Shown here: one piece after another, positions 24,864-34,564 of the stretch
Position numbering within the stretch: position 1 is the first letter of the stretch
Layout of the letters: each line of letters opens with the position of its first letter
DNA from: Dehalococcoidales bacterium
GTDB lineage: Bacteria > Chloroflexota > Dehalococcoidia > Dehalococcoidales > RBG-16-60-22
Direction of reading: 5' to 3'
Assembly (NCBI GenBank): GCA_034430515.1
Contig: DAOUEP010000027.1
Location: forward strand, 1-49,125
Length of the DNA stretch: 49,125 nt
Made by a program: the position numbers and the translations under genes
The notes under the pieces: model-generated
Database searches by the model: none
Told to the model about the DNA's origin: nothing
Seen by the model: only the letters and a program-made list of their open reading frames with translations

Positions 24864-25486
24864 ATATAAATCCTACTAACGTCATACCGATGGTCATCGA
24901 GAGCGGCACCCGGGGCGAGCGCGCCTTTGATATCTACTCGCTCTTGCTCCGCGAGCGCATCGTCATGCTGGGCACGCCCATCAACGACCAGGTGGCCAAC
25001 GTTATCATCGCCCAGCTGCTCTACCTGGAGCGCGAAGACCCGGACAAGGACATCTCGCTCTACATCCACTCGCCCGGCGGCGTCATCAGCGCCGGTCTGG
25101 CTATCTACGACACGATGCAGCTCATCCGCCCCGCCGTAAGCACCATCTGCGTGGGTCTGGCGGCCAGCATGGGCACGGTGCTCCTCTGCGCCGGCGCCAA
25201 GGGCAAGCGCTACGCCTTGCCCAACGCCACCATCCACATGCATCAAGCCATGGGCGGCGCCCAGGGGCAGGCCTCCGATATCGTCATCGCCGCCCGCGAG
25301 ATAACGCGCCAGCAGGACACCATCAAGGACATCATCGTCAAGCATACCGGCCAGCCGCTGGACAAGGTCACCCACGATACCGACCGCGACTTCTACCTGA
25401 ACCCGGTGCAGGCGGTGGAGTACGGCATCGTCGACGAGGTGCTCCACAAGCCCGCCGAGGATAAGGAAAAGAAAGAGAAGAAATAA
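24860..25486 (+). CDS. clpP: ATP-dependent Clp protease proteolytic subunit
   Basis: The sequence contains YIHSPGG, GLAASMG (Ser) and IHMHQ (His). Confidence 0.95.
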   Translation: MNINPTNVIPMVIESGTRGERAFDIYSLLLRERIVMLGTPINDQVANVIIAQLLYLEREDPDKDISLYIHSPGGVISAGLAIYDTMQLIRPAVSTICVGLAASMGTVLLCAGAKGKRYALPNATIHMHQAMGGAQGQASDIVIAAREITRQQDTIKDIIVKHTGQPLDKVTHDTDRDFYLNPVQAVEYGIVDEVLHKPAEDKEKKEKK

Positions 25487-25504
25487 GCCCGGTTTCTGCG
25501 GGGC

Positions 25505-25835
25505 TTAATCTCTAAGGGGTTCAAGGGGGACTCTCACCTCCCCCTTGCCCCCCCCGCCCGGAGATTTTTTATCCCACCCGGCCCGCCCGTTGGCATTCCG
25601 CCACTACTCACTGGTGTTTCCCCGTCCCGCCCCGGGAAAATCCTCCTTTAGTCCCCCTTTGCAAAGGGGGACAAACGTATGGGTTGCCGGCGGTGATTCT
25701 AAAGGAAAGTGGTATCGTCTCCCTTTCGTAAAGGGAGACGGAGAGGGATTTTGGTGGGGTAGGGGAAACTAAGAGATAAGCGGCGGATGCCGCGAGGGTG
25801 GCCAGGGTGGGAATAGATAACACCGATAGGGTGGG
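25505..25835 (+). repeat. Full-length composite repeat element with inverted terminal arms (core at 25805-25819; inverted core at 25570-25579)
   Basis: The left arm TTTTTTATCCCACCCGGCCCGCCCGTTGGCATTCCGCC is an imperfect inverted copy of the right arm GGCGGATGCCGCGAGGGTGGCCAGGGTGGGAATAGATAA. Internal hairpins are GTCCCCCTTTGCAAAGGGGGAC and GTCTCCCTTTCGTAAAGGGAGAC. Confidence 0.88.
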
Positions 25836-25908
25836 GCAAAGAGGTGTGAGGTAAGTTATTGCCTCCATTCTAAAGACAATTTAGCACTAAAGTACCACCC
25901 CGACCAAA

Positions 25909-25937
25909 TTGTCATCGCCATACCCCTGTGCTAGAAT
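25909..25937 (+). promoter_or_regulatory. Promoter of dprA-topA
   Basis: TTGTCA (25909-25914), a 17-nt spacer, then TGcTAGAAT (TAGAAT at 25932-25937). Confidence 0.65.
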
Positions 25938-25947
25938 TAAAACTGCT

Positions 25948-27066
25948 TTGAAAGAGGATACCAAATACCGGGTGGCCTTCAGCCGCATCCCCGGCATCGG
26001 GCGGGTGCGGCTGGGGCAGCTGGAAAAACACTTCGGCGGGCTGGCGGCGGCCTGGCGCGCCCCGGACGCGGAGCTGGCGCGGGCGGGGCTGGACGCCAGC
26101 ACGCAGCGGGCCATCGGGCGCTACCGCGGCGAAATCTCGCCGGACGCCGAGATGGAACAGCTGGCGCGCCTCGACATTAAGGCGCTTACCCCTGACAACG
26201 ACGCCTACCCGGCCCGGCTCAAGGAAATCTACGACTGCCCGCCGGTGCTTTATATGAAAGGCGAGCTCAAGCCGGATGACGACTGGTCCCTGGCCGTAGT
26301 CGGCACGCGGCGGGCCACCGCCTACGGGCGGCAGGTCACCGAGGAACTCGTCACCGACCTGGCGCGCCACCGCATCACCATTGTTAGCGGGCTGGCCCGG
26401 GGCATCGATACCGTCGCCCACCGGAGCGCCCTGGCGGCGGGCGGGCGCACCATCGCCGTCTTCGGCTGCGGGCTGGACATCATCTACCCGGCCGAGAACG
26501 CCAAGCTCGCCCGCGAAATTATGGCGCGCGGCGCCCTCCTCAGCGAGCAGCCCCCCGGCACGCGGCCCCGCCCGGAGAACTTCCCCCGCCGCAACCGCAT
26601 CATGAGCGGGCTGAGCCGGGGCGTGCTGGTGACCGAGGCGCCCGAGGGCAGCGGGGCGCTCTTCACGGCCAACTACGCCGTGGAGCAGAACCGCGAGGTC
26701 TTCGCCGTGCCCGGCAGCATCCTGGCGGCGGGCAGCCGCATGACCAACAAGCTCATCCAGGAGGGGGCCAAGCTGGTGCGCGGCTGCGCCGATATTTTAG
26801 AGGAACTCAACCTGACGGCGGTGGCGCAGCAGATTGAGATGCGGGAGATACTGCCGCCGACGGAGACGGAGGCGCTCCTTATAAAGCAGTTGGGCGCCGA
26901 GCCGGTCCACATCGACGAGGTCTGCCGCGCCGCTAACCTGCCGGCGGCCACGGTCAGCGGGACGCTGGCGATGATGGAGCTTAAAGGGATGGTGCGGCAG
27001 GTGGAGGCGATGAGCTACGTGCTGGTACGCGAGATGCGCCCGGAATATAGAGTGAGAGTTGATTAG
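25948..27066 (+). CDS. dprA: DNA processing protein DprA (Smf)
   Basis: It has a Rossmann-like DprA core (IVSGLARGIDTVAH, PRRNRIMSG, VVTEAPEGSGAL). The start is uncertain: TTG at 25948 or GTG at 25972. The track start at 25909 coincides with the -35 box. Confidence 0.85.
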   Translation: MKEDTKYRVAFSRIPGIGRVRLGQLEKHFGGLAAAWRAPDAELARAGLDASTQRAIGRYRGEISPDAEMEQLARLDIKALTPDNDAYPARLKEIYDCPPVLYMKGELKPDDDWSLAVVGTRRATAYGRQVTEELVTDLARHRITIVSGLARGIDTVAHRSALAAGGRTIAVFGCGLDIIYPAENAKLAREIMARGALLSEQPPGTRPRPENFPRRNRIMSGLSRGVLVTEAPEGSGALFTANYAVEQNREVFAVPGSILAAGSRMTNKLIQEGAKLVRGCADILEELNLTAVAQQIEMREILPPTETEALLIKQLGAEPVHIDEVCRAANLPAATVSGTLAMMELKGMVRQVEAMSYVLVREMRPEYRVRVD

Positions 27067-27071
27067 ACAAG

Positions 27072-29183
27072 ATGAGTAAGAAACTGGTTATCGTGGAATC
27101 CCCGGCCAAGGCCAGAACGCTGGGCAAGATACTGGGCCGGGGCTACAGCCTCAAGGCGTCGTTGGGGCACGTGCGCGACCTTCCCCGGGGCCAGATGGGG
27201 GTGGATATCGAAAACGGCTTTTCGCCCCGCTACGTGATACCTCGCGTCAAGACCAAGCTCGTCAACGAGCTCAAGCAGGCGGCCAAAGAGGCCAAGGAGA
27301 TTTACCTGGCCACCGACCCCGACCGCGAGGGCGAGGCCATCGCCTGGCACCTGGCCGAGCTTATCCGCAGCGACGACAAACCCTACCACCGCGTCGTCTT
27401 CCGCGAGATTACCGAGGAGGCCGTCCGGAGCGCCTTCGCCAGCCCGCGCGATATCGACATGCAGCTGGTGGACGCCCAGCAGGCGCGCCGCGTCCTGGAT
27501 AGACTGGTCGGCTATAAAATCTCGCCCCTGCTCTGGAGCAAGGTGCGCAAGCGCCTCTCCGCCGGGAGGGTGCAGTCGGTGGCGGTGAAAATCATCGCCG
27601 ACCGCGAGCGCGAGATTACGGCCTTCAAGCCGGTGGAGTACTGGGTCATCGAGGCCGAGCTCCGTCAGCCGAAGGATAGGACCGTCTTCCGCGCCACGCT
27701 CGTCGGGCTCTGCGGCGGCGGCAAGCTGGAGATTCATAACGAAAAAGAGGCGGACAAGATTGAAGCGGCGCTGAAAGACGCCGCCTACGGCGTGCTCAAC
27801 GTCGCCACCAAGAAGGCCGCCCGCCAGCCGGCGCCCCCCTTCACCACCAGCACCTTGCAGCAGGAGGCCTGGCGCAAGCTGAGATTTTCGGCCAAGCAAA
27901 CCATGGCCGTCGCCCAGCAGCTCTACGAGGGCCTGCCCCTGGGCAGCGAGGGCAGCGTCGGCCTGATTACCTACATGCGCACCGACTCCACCCGCATCGC
28001 CGGGTCGGCCATCGCCGAGACGCGCCAGTTCATCGGCGAGAAGTACGGCCCTAAATACCTGCCGCCGCGCCCCCGCGCCTTCACCGCCCGCAGCCGCGGC
28101 GCCCAGGAGGCTCACGAGGCCATCCGCCCCACCCGCACCTACCGCGAGCCGGGCGCCGTCAGGAGTTTCCTCAATAACAACCAGTTCCGCCTCTACGACC
28201 TCATCTGGAAGCGGCTGGTGGCCAGCCAGATGGCGGCGGCCCTCTTCAATAACACCACCGTGGACATCGAGGCCAGCGACGGCGACGACTACCTGCTGCG
28301 CACGGCGGCCTCGGTCAATACCTTCCCCGGCTTTATGACCCTCTACAGCGAGGGCAAGGACGAGGAAGAAGACGAGGCCAAAAAGACCCTCCCCGAGCTT
28401 GCCAAAGACGATAAGCTGGATCTCATTGATGTCCACCCCGACCGGCGCTTCACCCAGCCGCCGCCCCGCTATACCGAGGCCACCCTGGTGAAGACCCTGG
28501 AGCAGAACGGCATCGGCCGCCCCTCCACCTACGCCCCCACCATCGCCACCATCCAGGATCGGGAGTACGTCGTCAAGAGCAAGGGCGTATTCCAGCCCAC
28601 CGAGCTGGGTCTGGCCGTCAACGACCTGCTCGTTGAGCACTTTCCGGACATCATCAACGTCAAGTTTACCGCCGATATGGAAAACGAGCTGGACGACATC
28701 GCCAGCGCCGAGCGCGACTGGCCCGGCGTCATCGGCAAATTTTACGCCCCCTTCGACAGGGACTTGCAGAAGGCGCTGGCCACGGCGGAGCGGGTCAAGC
28801 TGGAGGACGAAAAGACCGGCGACGCCTGCCCCAAGTGCGGTAAGCCCCTCATCGTCAAGACGGGCCGCTTCGGCAAGTTCGTCGCCTGCTCCGGCTATCC
28901 GGAATGCCGCTACACGCAATCTTTCCAGGTGAAGACCGGCGTGAAATGCCCCCAGTGCGGCGGCGACCTGGTGCAGCGCATCTCCAAGAAGCGCCGGACC
29001 TTCTACGGCTGCGCCAACTATCCGGAGTGCACCTTCGCCACCAACTTAAAGCCCCTGCCCACCCCCTGCCCCAAGTGCGGCGGCCTGCTTACTCAGCGGG
29101 GGAAGCAGGCTATCTGTAATAAATGTGATTATAAAGGGAAGATACCGCAGGAAGAAAAAGAGGCGGAGAAAACTACGGGATAA
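27072..29183 (+). CDS. topA: DNA topoisomerase I
   Basis: It has a TOPRIM N-terminus ([10 protein letters not shown]), the active-site region ITYMRTDS, and C-terminal Zn ribbons (CPKCG, CPQCG). Confidence 0.96.
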   Translation: MSKKLVIVESPAKARTLGKILGRGYSLKASLGHVRDLPRGQMGVDIENGFSPRYVIPRVKTKLVNELKQAAKEAKEIYLATDPDREGEAIAWHLAELIRSDDKPYHRVVFREITEEAVRSAFASPRDIDMQLVDAQQARRVLDRLVGYKISPLLWSKVRKRLSAGRVQSVAVKIIADREREITAFKPVEYWVIEAELRQPKDRTVFRATLVGLCGGGKLEIHNEKEADKIEAALKDAAYGVLNVATKKAARQPAPPFTTSTLQQEAWRKLRFSAKQTMAVAQQLYEGLPLGSEGSVGLITYMRTDSTRIAGSAIAETRQFIGEKYGPKYLPPRPRAFTARSRGAQEAHEAIRPTRTYREPGAVRSFLNNNQFRLYDLIWKRLVASQMAAALFNNTTVDIEASDGDDYLLRTAASVNTFPGFMTLYSEGKDEEEDEAKKTLPELAKDDKLDLIDVHPDRRFTQPPPRYTEATLVKTLEQNGIGRPSTYAPTIATIQDREYVVKSKGVFQPTELGLAVNDLLVEHFPDIINVKFTADMENELDDIASAERDWPGVIGKFYAPFDRDLQKALATAERVKLEDEKTGDACPKCGKPLIVKTGRFGKFVACSGYPECRYTQSFQVKTGVKCPQCGGDLVQRISKKRRTFYGCANYPECTFATNLKPLPTPCPKCGGLLTQRGKQAICNKCDYKGKIPQEEKEAEKTTG

Positions 29184-29185
29184 GC

Positions 29186-29268
29186 CGTTGATGATGCAGG
29201 GCGGTTCACCCGCCGAAGCTTTAGCGTAGGCAGGCCGGGTGGGAATAGATAACATGGATGGGGCGGGG
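29186..29268 (+). repeat. Solo arm copy of the repeat family (core at 29237-29251)
   Basis: The sequence is GGTTCACCCGCCGAAGCTTTAGCGTAGGCAGGCCGGGTGGGAATAGATAAC. Confidence 0.8.
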
Positions 29269-29276
29269 TGGTTATC

Positions 29277-30233
29277 ATGGAAGATGATTGGGACAAATAT
29301 ATAAAGCTGTTTCTTGATTATCTTAAGGCGGAACGCAACGCGTCTCCGTACACCATGCGCAATTACCTGATATCACTCGGTGCGTTTGAGAGCTTCTGCA
29401 AAAAGGATAATACCTACACGCCTAAAAAGGTTGAAAAACCATTAGTACGCAGTTTTCTCAACCATCTCAATGAAACGGGAATTGCCCGTTCCAGCATCGC
29501 CCGTAATATGTCAGCGATACGCTCTTTCTTTAGGTATCTGCAGAGAGAAGAAATCGTGCCCAAGAACCCTGCAGCCAATATCACATCGCCCAAGCTAGAC
29601 CGCCGTTTACCCTCCTTTCTTACCAGGGAAGAGGTCAAGCATATTGTAGAATCACCAGGTTTGCCCAAACAACCTAATAAGATGTCATATCCGGTATTAC
29701 TACGCGATATTAGCTTGCTAGAATTACTTTACGCCTCCGGCCTGCGGGTAAGCGAGGTTGTCAGTATAGATTTGGAACAGATGAATCTTGACTATAATGA
29801 AATCCGGGTTAAAGGCAAAGGATCAAAAGAGAGAAACGTGTTGATTGGCGAGCCGGCAGCGCGAACCTTGAGGACTTATCTTAAAGAGGCCCGCCCGGTG
29901 CTTGCTGGAGATAAGAAGTCCCGGGCAGTTTTTATTACCAGCTACCAGGATGAAGACGGTATCCAGTCCGGCGAGCGTCTGACCGTGCGCCGGGTTCAGA
30001 AAATCATCAAGAAGTATTCTAGGGACATAGGTAAAAGGGTGCACCCGCATATCCTCCGCCACACCTTCGCCACCCACCTCCTCGACGGCGGCGCCGACCT
30101 CAAGGTGGTGCAGGAGCTTTTAGGCCACGCCGACCTGGCCTCGACGCAGATTTACACCCACGTCAGCCAGACTCGCGCCCGCCAGATTTACCTGGCCGCC
30201 CACCCCATGGCCAGGGGCAAGGGAGAAGAATAA
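29277..30233 (+). CDS. xerC: Tyrosine recombinase XerC/XerD family
   Basis: The N-terminal SAM-like core-binding domain reads YLKAERNASPYTMRNY. The catalytic residues are R...HILRHTFATHLL...GHADLASTQIYTHV. The dprA-topA-xerC synteny is conserved. Confidence 0.88.
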   Translation: MEDDWDKYIKLFLDYLKAERNASPYTMRNYLISLGAFESFCKKDNTYTPKKVEKPLVRSFLNHLNETGIARSSIARNMSAIRSFFRYLQREEIVPKNPAANITSPKLDRRLPSFLTREEVKHIVESPGLPKQPNKMSYPVLLRDISLLELLYASGLRVSEVVSIDLEQMNLDYNEIRVKGKGSKERNVLIGEPAARTLRTYLKEARPVLAGDKKSRAVFITSYQDEDGIQSGERLTVRRVQKIIKKYSRDIGKRVHPHILRHTFATHLLDGGADLKVVQELLGHADLASTQIYTHVSQTRARQIYLAAHPMARGKGEE

Positions 30234-30240
30234 ATAATAT

Positions 30241-30266
30241 GTCATTCCCGCTTTCACGGGAATGAC
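30241..30266 (+). terminator. Perfect 10-bp hairpin GTCATTCCCG-ctttca-CGGGAATGAC after xerC
   Basis: It lies immediately 3' of the xerC stop and has no clear T tract. Confidence 0.4.
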
Positions 30267-30317
30267 CGGATATGGTAGATTTAGAAATATATTTCGCTCA
30301 CAACAGGACTAACCGAC

Positions 30318-31406
30318 ATGACTCCCAAACAAAACGATAGACTCATCCGACTGCGCGCCCGCTTCGCCGCAAGTGAAATTGACGCCATGCTCGTCTCGCG
30401 GGCGGAGAACCGGCGCTACCTCTCCGGCTTTCACGGCTCGGCGGGTTTCCTGCTGATAACGGCGGCCAAGGCGGTGCTGGCCACCGATTTCCGCTATACC
30501 GAGCAGGCGCTGGCCCAGGCGCCGGACTTTGAAATTCTGCGCATCGCCAATAACCTGGCCGACTGGTTCCCCGGTCTGGTGGCCGACCTGGGCGTAAAGA
30601 GCCTGGGTTTCGAGGAGGATGACGTCACCTACCACTGCTACCGCCAGCTGACCGACACCCTGGGAAAGAAATCCTCCGCCGCCCGCCTGATTCCCCTGGA
30701 CGGCCTGGTGGAGCAGTTACGTCTGGTAAAAGAGCCGGGGGAAATCGAGCTTATCGCCCGCGCCGCCGCCATTACCGATACGGCTTACGAGGCCGTCGAG
30801 AGCGCCATCCGGCCCGGCGTCTCGGAGCTTGCGATAGCCTGGGAGATGGAGAAGGCCCTCCGCGAGAACGGCAGCCAGGCGCTGCCCTTCGAGATTATCG
30901 TCGCCTCCGGCCCCAACGCGGCTCTGCCCCACGCCCGCCCCTCCGGGCGCATTATCGAAGCGGGCGAGCCGGTCGTCGTCGACATGGGCGCCTGCTACGA
31001 GGGCTACGCCGCCGACCTCAGCCGCACCGTCTGCGCCGGTAATCCGGACGCTACTTACAAAAAGGTCTACCAGACCGTCCTTGACGCCCAGACGGCGGCC
31101 GTGGCTATAATAGCGGAGGGGGTCACCGGCCACCGCGCCGACGCCGCCGCCCGCAACGTTATCACCAGGGCCGGCTACGGCGAGGAGTTCGGGCACTCCC
31201 TGGGGCACGGCGTCGGGCTGGCCGCCCACGAGCTGCCCCGTCTCAGCCCCGGCGCGGAGGAGCCGCTCGGCAACGGCATGGTCTTCACCGTGGAGCCGGG
31301 CATTTACATCTCCGGGTGGGGCGGCGTGCGCATCGAAGACCTGATGACGATGGAAAACGGGAGGGTCAAACCCCTCTCGCAGGCGAGAAAGGCGAGCTAT
31401 GATTAA
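30318..31406 (+). CDS. pepP: M24 family Xaa-Pro aminopeptidase
   Basis: It has a creatinase-like N-terminal domain plus metal ligands ([33 protein letters not shown]). Confidence 0.88.
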   Translation: MTPKQNDRLIRLRARFAASEIDAMLVSRAENRRYLSGFHGSAGFLLITAAKAVLATDFRYTEQALAQAPDFEILRIANNLADWFPGLVADLGVKSLGFEEDDVTYHCYRQLTDTLGKKSSAARLIPLDGLVEQLRLVKEPGEIELIARAAAITDTAYEAVESAIRPGVSELAIAWEMEKALRENGSQALPFEIIVASGPNAALPHARPSGRIIEAGEPVVVDMGACYEGYAADLSRTVCAGNPDATYKKVYQTVLDAQTAAVAIIAEGVTGHRADAAARNVITRAGYGEEFGHSLGHGVGLAAHELPRLSPGAEEPLGNGMVFTVEPGIYISGWGGVRIEDLMTMENGRVKPLSQARKASYD

Positions 31407-31959
31407 CGCGACCGAACTGAGAAAGGGAGTTATCATTGAGTTCGAAGGCAAGCTCTACCAGGTCATCGATCACCAGCACGTCAAGATGAAGCGGACGGCG
31501 CTGGCCAAGGTAAAGATGCGCGACATCACCGGCGGCCATACCATCGAGCGGTCTTTCCAGTCGGACGAGCGGCTGGTGCGGGCGCGCCTGGACGAGCGGC
31601 CGATGCAGTACCTCTACCACGACGGCGGGCTTTACTACTTCATGGACCAGGAGAGCTTCGAGCAGACGCCGCTGGCCGCCGAGCAGCTCGGCGACGGGGT
31701 GAATTATCTCAAGGAGGGCGTCACCATCGTCGAGGTGGCCAGCTACAAGGGCGACATCGTTGGCGTGACGCTGCCCATCACCGTCGAGCTGGCCGTCACC
31801 GATACCGATCCCGGCTTCAAGGGCGATACCGCCACCGGCGGCAGCAAGCCGGCCACGCTGGAGACGGGACTCTCCGTCCAGGTGCCCCTCTTCGTCAACG
31901 AGGGCGACATCATCAAGGTGGATACCCGCAGCGGCACCTACATCGAGAGGAGCGGCTAG
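31399..31959 (+). CDS. efp: Elongation factor P
   Basis: The sequence contains [27 protein letters not shown] and PGFKGDTATGG.KPA.LETG. Confidence 0.95.
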   Translation: MINATELRKGVIIEFEGKLYQVIDHQHVKMKRTALAKVKMRDITGGHTIERSFQSDERLVRARLDERPMQYLYHDGGLYYFMDQESFEQTPLAAEQLGDGVNYLKEGVTIVEVASYKGDIVGVTLPITVELAVTDTDPGFKGDTATGGSKPATLETGLSVQVPLFVNEGDIIKVDTRSGTYIERSG

Positions 31960-31962
31960 CCC

Positions 31963-32625
31963 GTGCTCAAGGCCGACCTGCATATCCACAGCGAGTATTC
32001 CCTGGACTGCACCACGCCCCTGGAGCGCATCGTCGAGCGCTGCCGGGCGCTGGGGATAAACTGCATCGCCATCGCCGACCACGGCACCGCCGAAGGAGCG
32101 CTCAAGATGGCCAGAATCGCCCCCTTCCGCGTCATCGTCGCCGAGGAAATCCTGACCACCCAGGGTGAAATCATGGGCATGTTCCTCAAGGAGACCATTC
32201 CCAGCGGGCTCACCCCCGACGAGACGGTCAAGCGCATCAAGGCCCAGGGCGCTCTGGTGAACATCCCCCACCCCTTCGAGACGATGCGCGGCTCCGCCCT
32301 CAAAGACTGGTGCATCGAGGAAATCGCCAAATACATCGACCTCATGGAGGTCTTAAACTCGCGCAGCCCCTTCCCGGCCAACACCGAGCGGGCCAAGGCC
32401 TTCGCCGCCAAGCACGGCATCCCCGGCAGCGCCGGGTCGGACGCCCACTCCGTCCGCGAAATCGGCAACGCCTACGTGGAGATGCTGGAGTTTAACACCC
32501 CGCAGGAGTTCCTCCAGGCCCTGGCGCGGGGGCGCATCGGCGGGAGGCGCTCCAGCCCCCTGGTGCACTTCTACTCCACCTGGGCCAGATTACGGGGCAA
32601 GCTCTTCCCGCGGAGGCGGGCTTGA
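31963..32625 (+). CDS. PHP-domain metal-dependent phosphoesterase
   Basis: The sequence contains DLHIHSEYSLDC, IADHGT and GSDAHS. Confidence 0.8.
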   Translation: MLKADLHIHSEYSLDCTTPLERIVERCRALGINCIAIADHGTAEGALKMARIAPFRVIVAEEILTTQGEIMGMFLKETIPSGLTPDETVKRIKAQGALVNIPHPFETMRGSALKDWCIEEIAKYIDLMEVLNSRSPFPANTERAKAFAAKHGIPGSAGSDAHSVREIGNAYVEMLEFNTPQEFLQALARGRIGGRRSSPLVHFYSTWARLRGKLFPRRRA

Positions 32626-33455
32626 GCCGCTACCGCATCGGCTGGTTCGCCACCGGCCGGGGCACCGGCTCGCGGGCGCTGCTGCGGGCCGCCTGGGAAG
32701 CCATTGCCTCCGGCCGGCTCGACGCCGAGATAAATTTCGTCTTCTGCAACCGCGGGCGCGGCGAGACCGAGGCCACCGACGGCTTTCTGGATATGGTCGA
32801 GGGCTACGGCCTGCCGCTTATCACCTGTTCTTACCGGGACTACCGTAAACAGGTAGGCGCGCCACGCCCCGACCCCGCTGCCCCGATGCCCCAATGGCGC
32901 ATCGACTACGACCGCGAGGTAATGAAGCGCCTTAAGGGATACCACCCCGATTTGTGCCTGCTGGCGGGCTACATGCTGATTAACGGCCCGGAGCTTTCCT
33001 ATAAGTACGACTTCCTCAACCTGCACCCCGCCGCCCCGGACGGGCCCGCCGGCACCTGGCAGCAGGTCATCTGGAAACTCATCGAGAGCGGCGCCGCTAC
33101 CCAGGGGGTGAAGCTGCACGTGGCCATCCCGGAGCTGGACGTGGGCCCCACGGCCGCTTACTGCCTCTTTCCCATCCGCGGCAAGCCTTTTGATAAGCTC
33201 TGGGAGGAAATTGAGGGTAAGTCCGTGGCCGAAGTTAAGGAAACACAGGGCGAGGATAACGCCCTCTTTAAGGAAATCCGCCGCCACGGCGCGGCGCGGG
33301 AACTGCCGCTGGTGGTGGCCACGCTGCGGGCCTTCAGCCAGGGGCGGGTGAAAATCACGCCCGATAAAAAAGTGGCCGATTCTTCGGGTAAGCTTATCGG
33401 GGGGTATGACCTCACCGCCGAGATTGATGAAGCTGTCAAAGGCGAGCTGGGCTAG
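32622..33455 (+). CDS. Formyltransferase-fold (PurN-like) protein
   Basis: The N-terminal domain resembles Formyl_trans_N (IGWFATGRGTGSRALL, LLAGYMLI, NLHPA). The specific function is not supported. Confidence 0.55.
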   Translation: MSRYRIGWFATGRGTGSRALLRAAWEAIASGRLDAEINFVFCNRGRGETEATDGFLDMVEGYGLPLITCSYRDYRKQVGAPRPDPAAPMPQWRIDYDREVMKRLKGYHPDLCLLAGYMLINGPELSYKYDFLNLHPAAPDGPAGTWQQVIWKLIESGAATQGVKLHVAIPELDVGPTAAYCLFPIRGKPFDKLWEEIEGKSVAEVKETQGEDNALFKEIRRHGAARELPLVVATLRAFSQGRVKITPDKKVADSSGKLIGGYDLTAEIDEAVKGELG

Positions 33456-33467
33456 CTGTAATTTTTA

Positions 33468-33818
33468 GTTTTCTTTAAGACGGGGTAGATTCTTTACCTC
33501 ACCCCCTGTATCCCCCTCTCCAAACTCAGTATCAGGAAAAACCATTTGTTCTTTGTTTGGAGAGGGGGAATTTTCATTAAGAGGGGCTAGCGCCCCTCTT
33601 CGCGGGCTACTCCCTGTAGTTAAATCCTTCTCACTCTCCCTTTACGAAAGGGAGACGATAGCCTTGTTCTTAAGGATTACCACCGGCAACCCGTTGGTTT
33701 GTCCCCCTTTGTAAAGGGGGATTAAAGGAGGATTTCAGAGGGGTAAAGGGGTGGCATCTCCGAGCTAAGCGGCGGATGCCGCGAGGGCGGCCAGGGTGGG
33801 AATAGATATCTAAGTGGG
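33468..33818 (+). repeat. Composite repeat element with modules M2 and M3 inverted relative to the other copies (core at 33794-33808)
   Basis: 33617-33662 is the reverse complement of the CGTCTCCCTTT..AAAGGGAGAGTGAGAAGGATTT module of 45.8 kb. 33676-33750 is the reverse complement of the 25630-25700 module. The terminal GCTAAGCGGCGGATGCCGCGAGGGCGGCCAGGGTGGGAATAGATA keeps the usual orientation. Confidence 0.88.
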
Positions 33819-33909
<91 letters not shown>

Positions 33910-33951
33910 GCTCTTATTGTAGCAGATTACGATAGCGGTTGAGTAGATTGG

Positions 33952-34043
33952 TGGCGGAGAGGGTGGGATTCGAACCCACGCTACGCTTGCACGTAGACCG
34001 CTTTTCGAGAGCGGCACCATAAACCACTCGGACACCTCTCCGC
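33952..34043 (-). tRNA. tRNA-Ser (anticodon CGA), long variable arm, CCA encoded
   Basis: The reverse complement reads GCGGAGAGGTGTCCGAGTGG...CCGCTCTCGAAAAGCGG...GGTTCGAATCCCACCCTCTCCGCCA. Confidence 0.9.
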
Positions 34044-34052
34044 GGCTACTAA

Positions 34053-34081
34053 ATTTTAACGGAAAAGGGGGCGGAGAGCAA
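34053..34081 (-). promoter_or_regulatory. Promoter of the tRNA-Ser pair
   Basis: The minus strand reads TTGCTC, a 17-nt spacer, then TAAAAT, ending 9 nt before the tRNA 5' end. Confidence 0.65.
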
Positions 34082-34095
34082 GGGTGGGCTTGCCG

Positions 34096-34560
34096 TTACG
34101 TCATCCGGTACAGGCGGTGCAGGTAAGCCTTAAAGCCGTGTTTCTTCCAGAAAGGGTAGCCTACTTGATTTGCCGCGGCCACATCCAGCTCAATCATGTC
34201 GATGTCCCGGGTCTTGAACCAGTCGAGTATCGCCGCCATCAGGTTGGAGCCGACGCCGCGGCGGCGGTAGTCGGCCCTGACCGCCATTTCGTCGATGAAT
34301 CCGTATTTTTCTCTTTTAAAGGCCGGAGATGAGTTTTTCACCTGGGCAATGGCGTGGCCGATGACCTGGCCTCCCTCTAGGGCGACCAGGACGAGGTTAT
34401 TCTCGCCGGCCATGATTTCTCTGAGGTGCTCCCCGAAACCCTCGCGGACGTTGGTCACCATGGGGTAGCGCGGGTCGATATTCTCATGAAAGCGGGCGAA
34501 CTCTTCCCAGCAGTCGATAATGCCGGGGACGTGAGAGTCCTCCGCCGGGACTATCTCCAT
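34096..34560 (-). CDS. GNAT family N-acetyltransferase
   Basis: The acetyl-CoA binding motif reads RRRGVGSNLM. Confidence 0.85.
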   Translation of the reverse strand: MEIVPAEDSHVPGIIDCWEEFARFHENIDPRYPMVTNVREGFGEHLREIMAGENNLVLVALEGGQVIGHAIAQVKNSSPAFKREKYGFIDEMAVRADYRRRGVGSNLMAAILDWFKTRDIDMIELDVAAANQVGYPFWKKHGFKAYLHRLYRMT

Positions 34561-34564
34561 CCCG

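Noticed and set aside
29186-30317. xerC region as an integrated prophage, integron or genomic island.
   Set aside because: There are no phage, cassette or attC-like structures. The gene sits in the widespread dprA-topA-xerC synteny and is followed by core genes (pepP, efp). Only the gene's own 5' portion is compositionally foreign.
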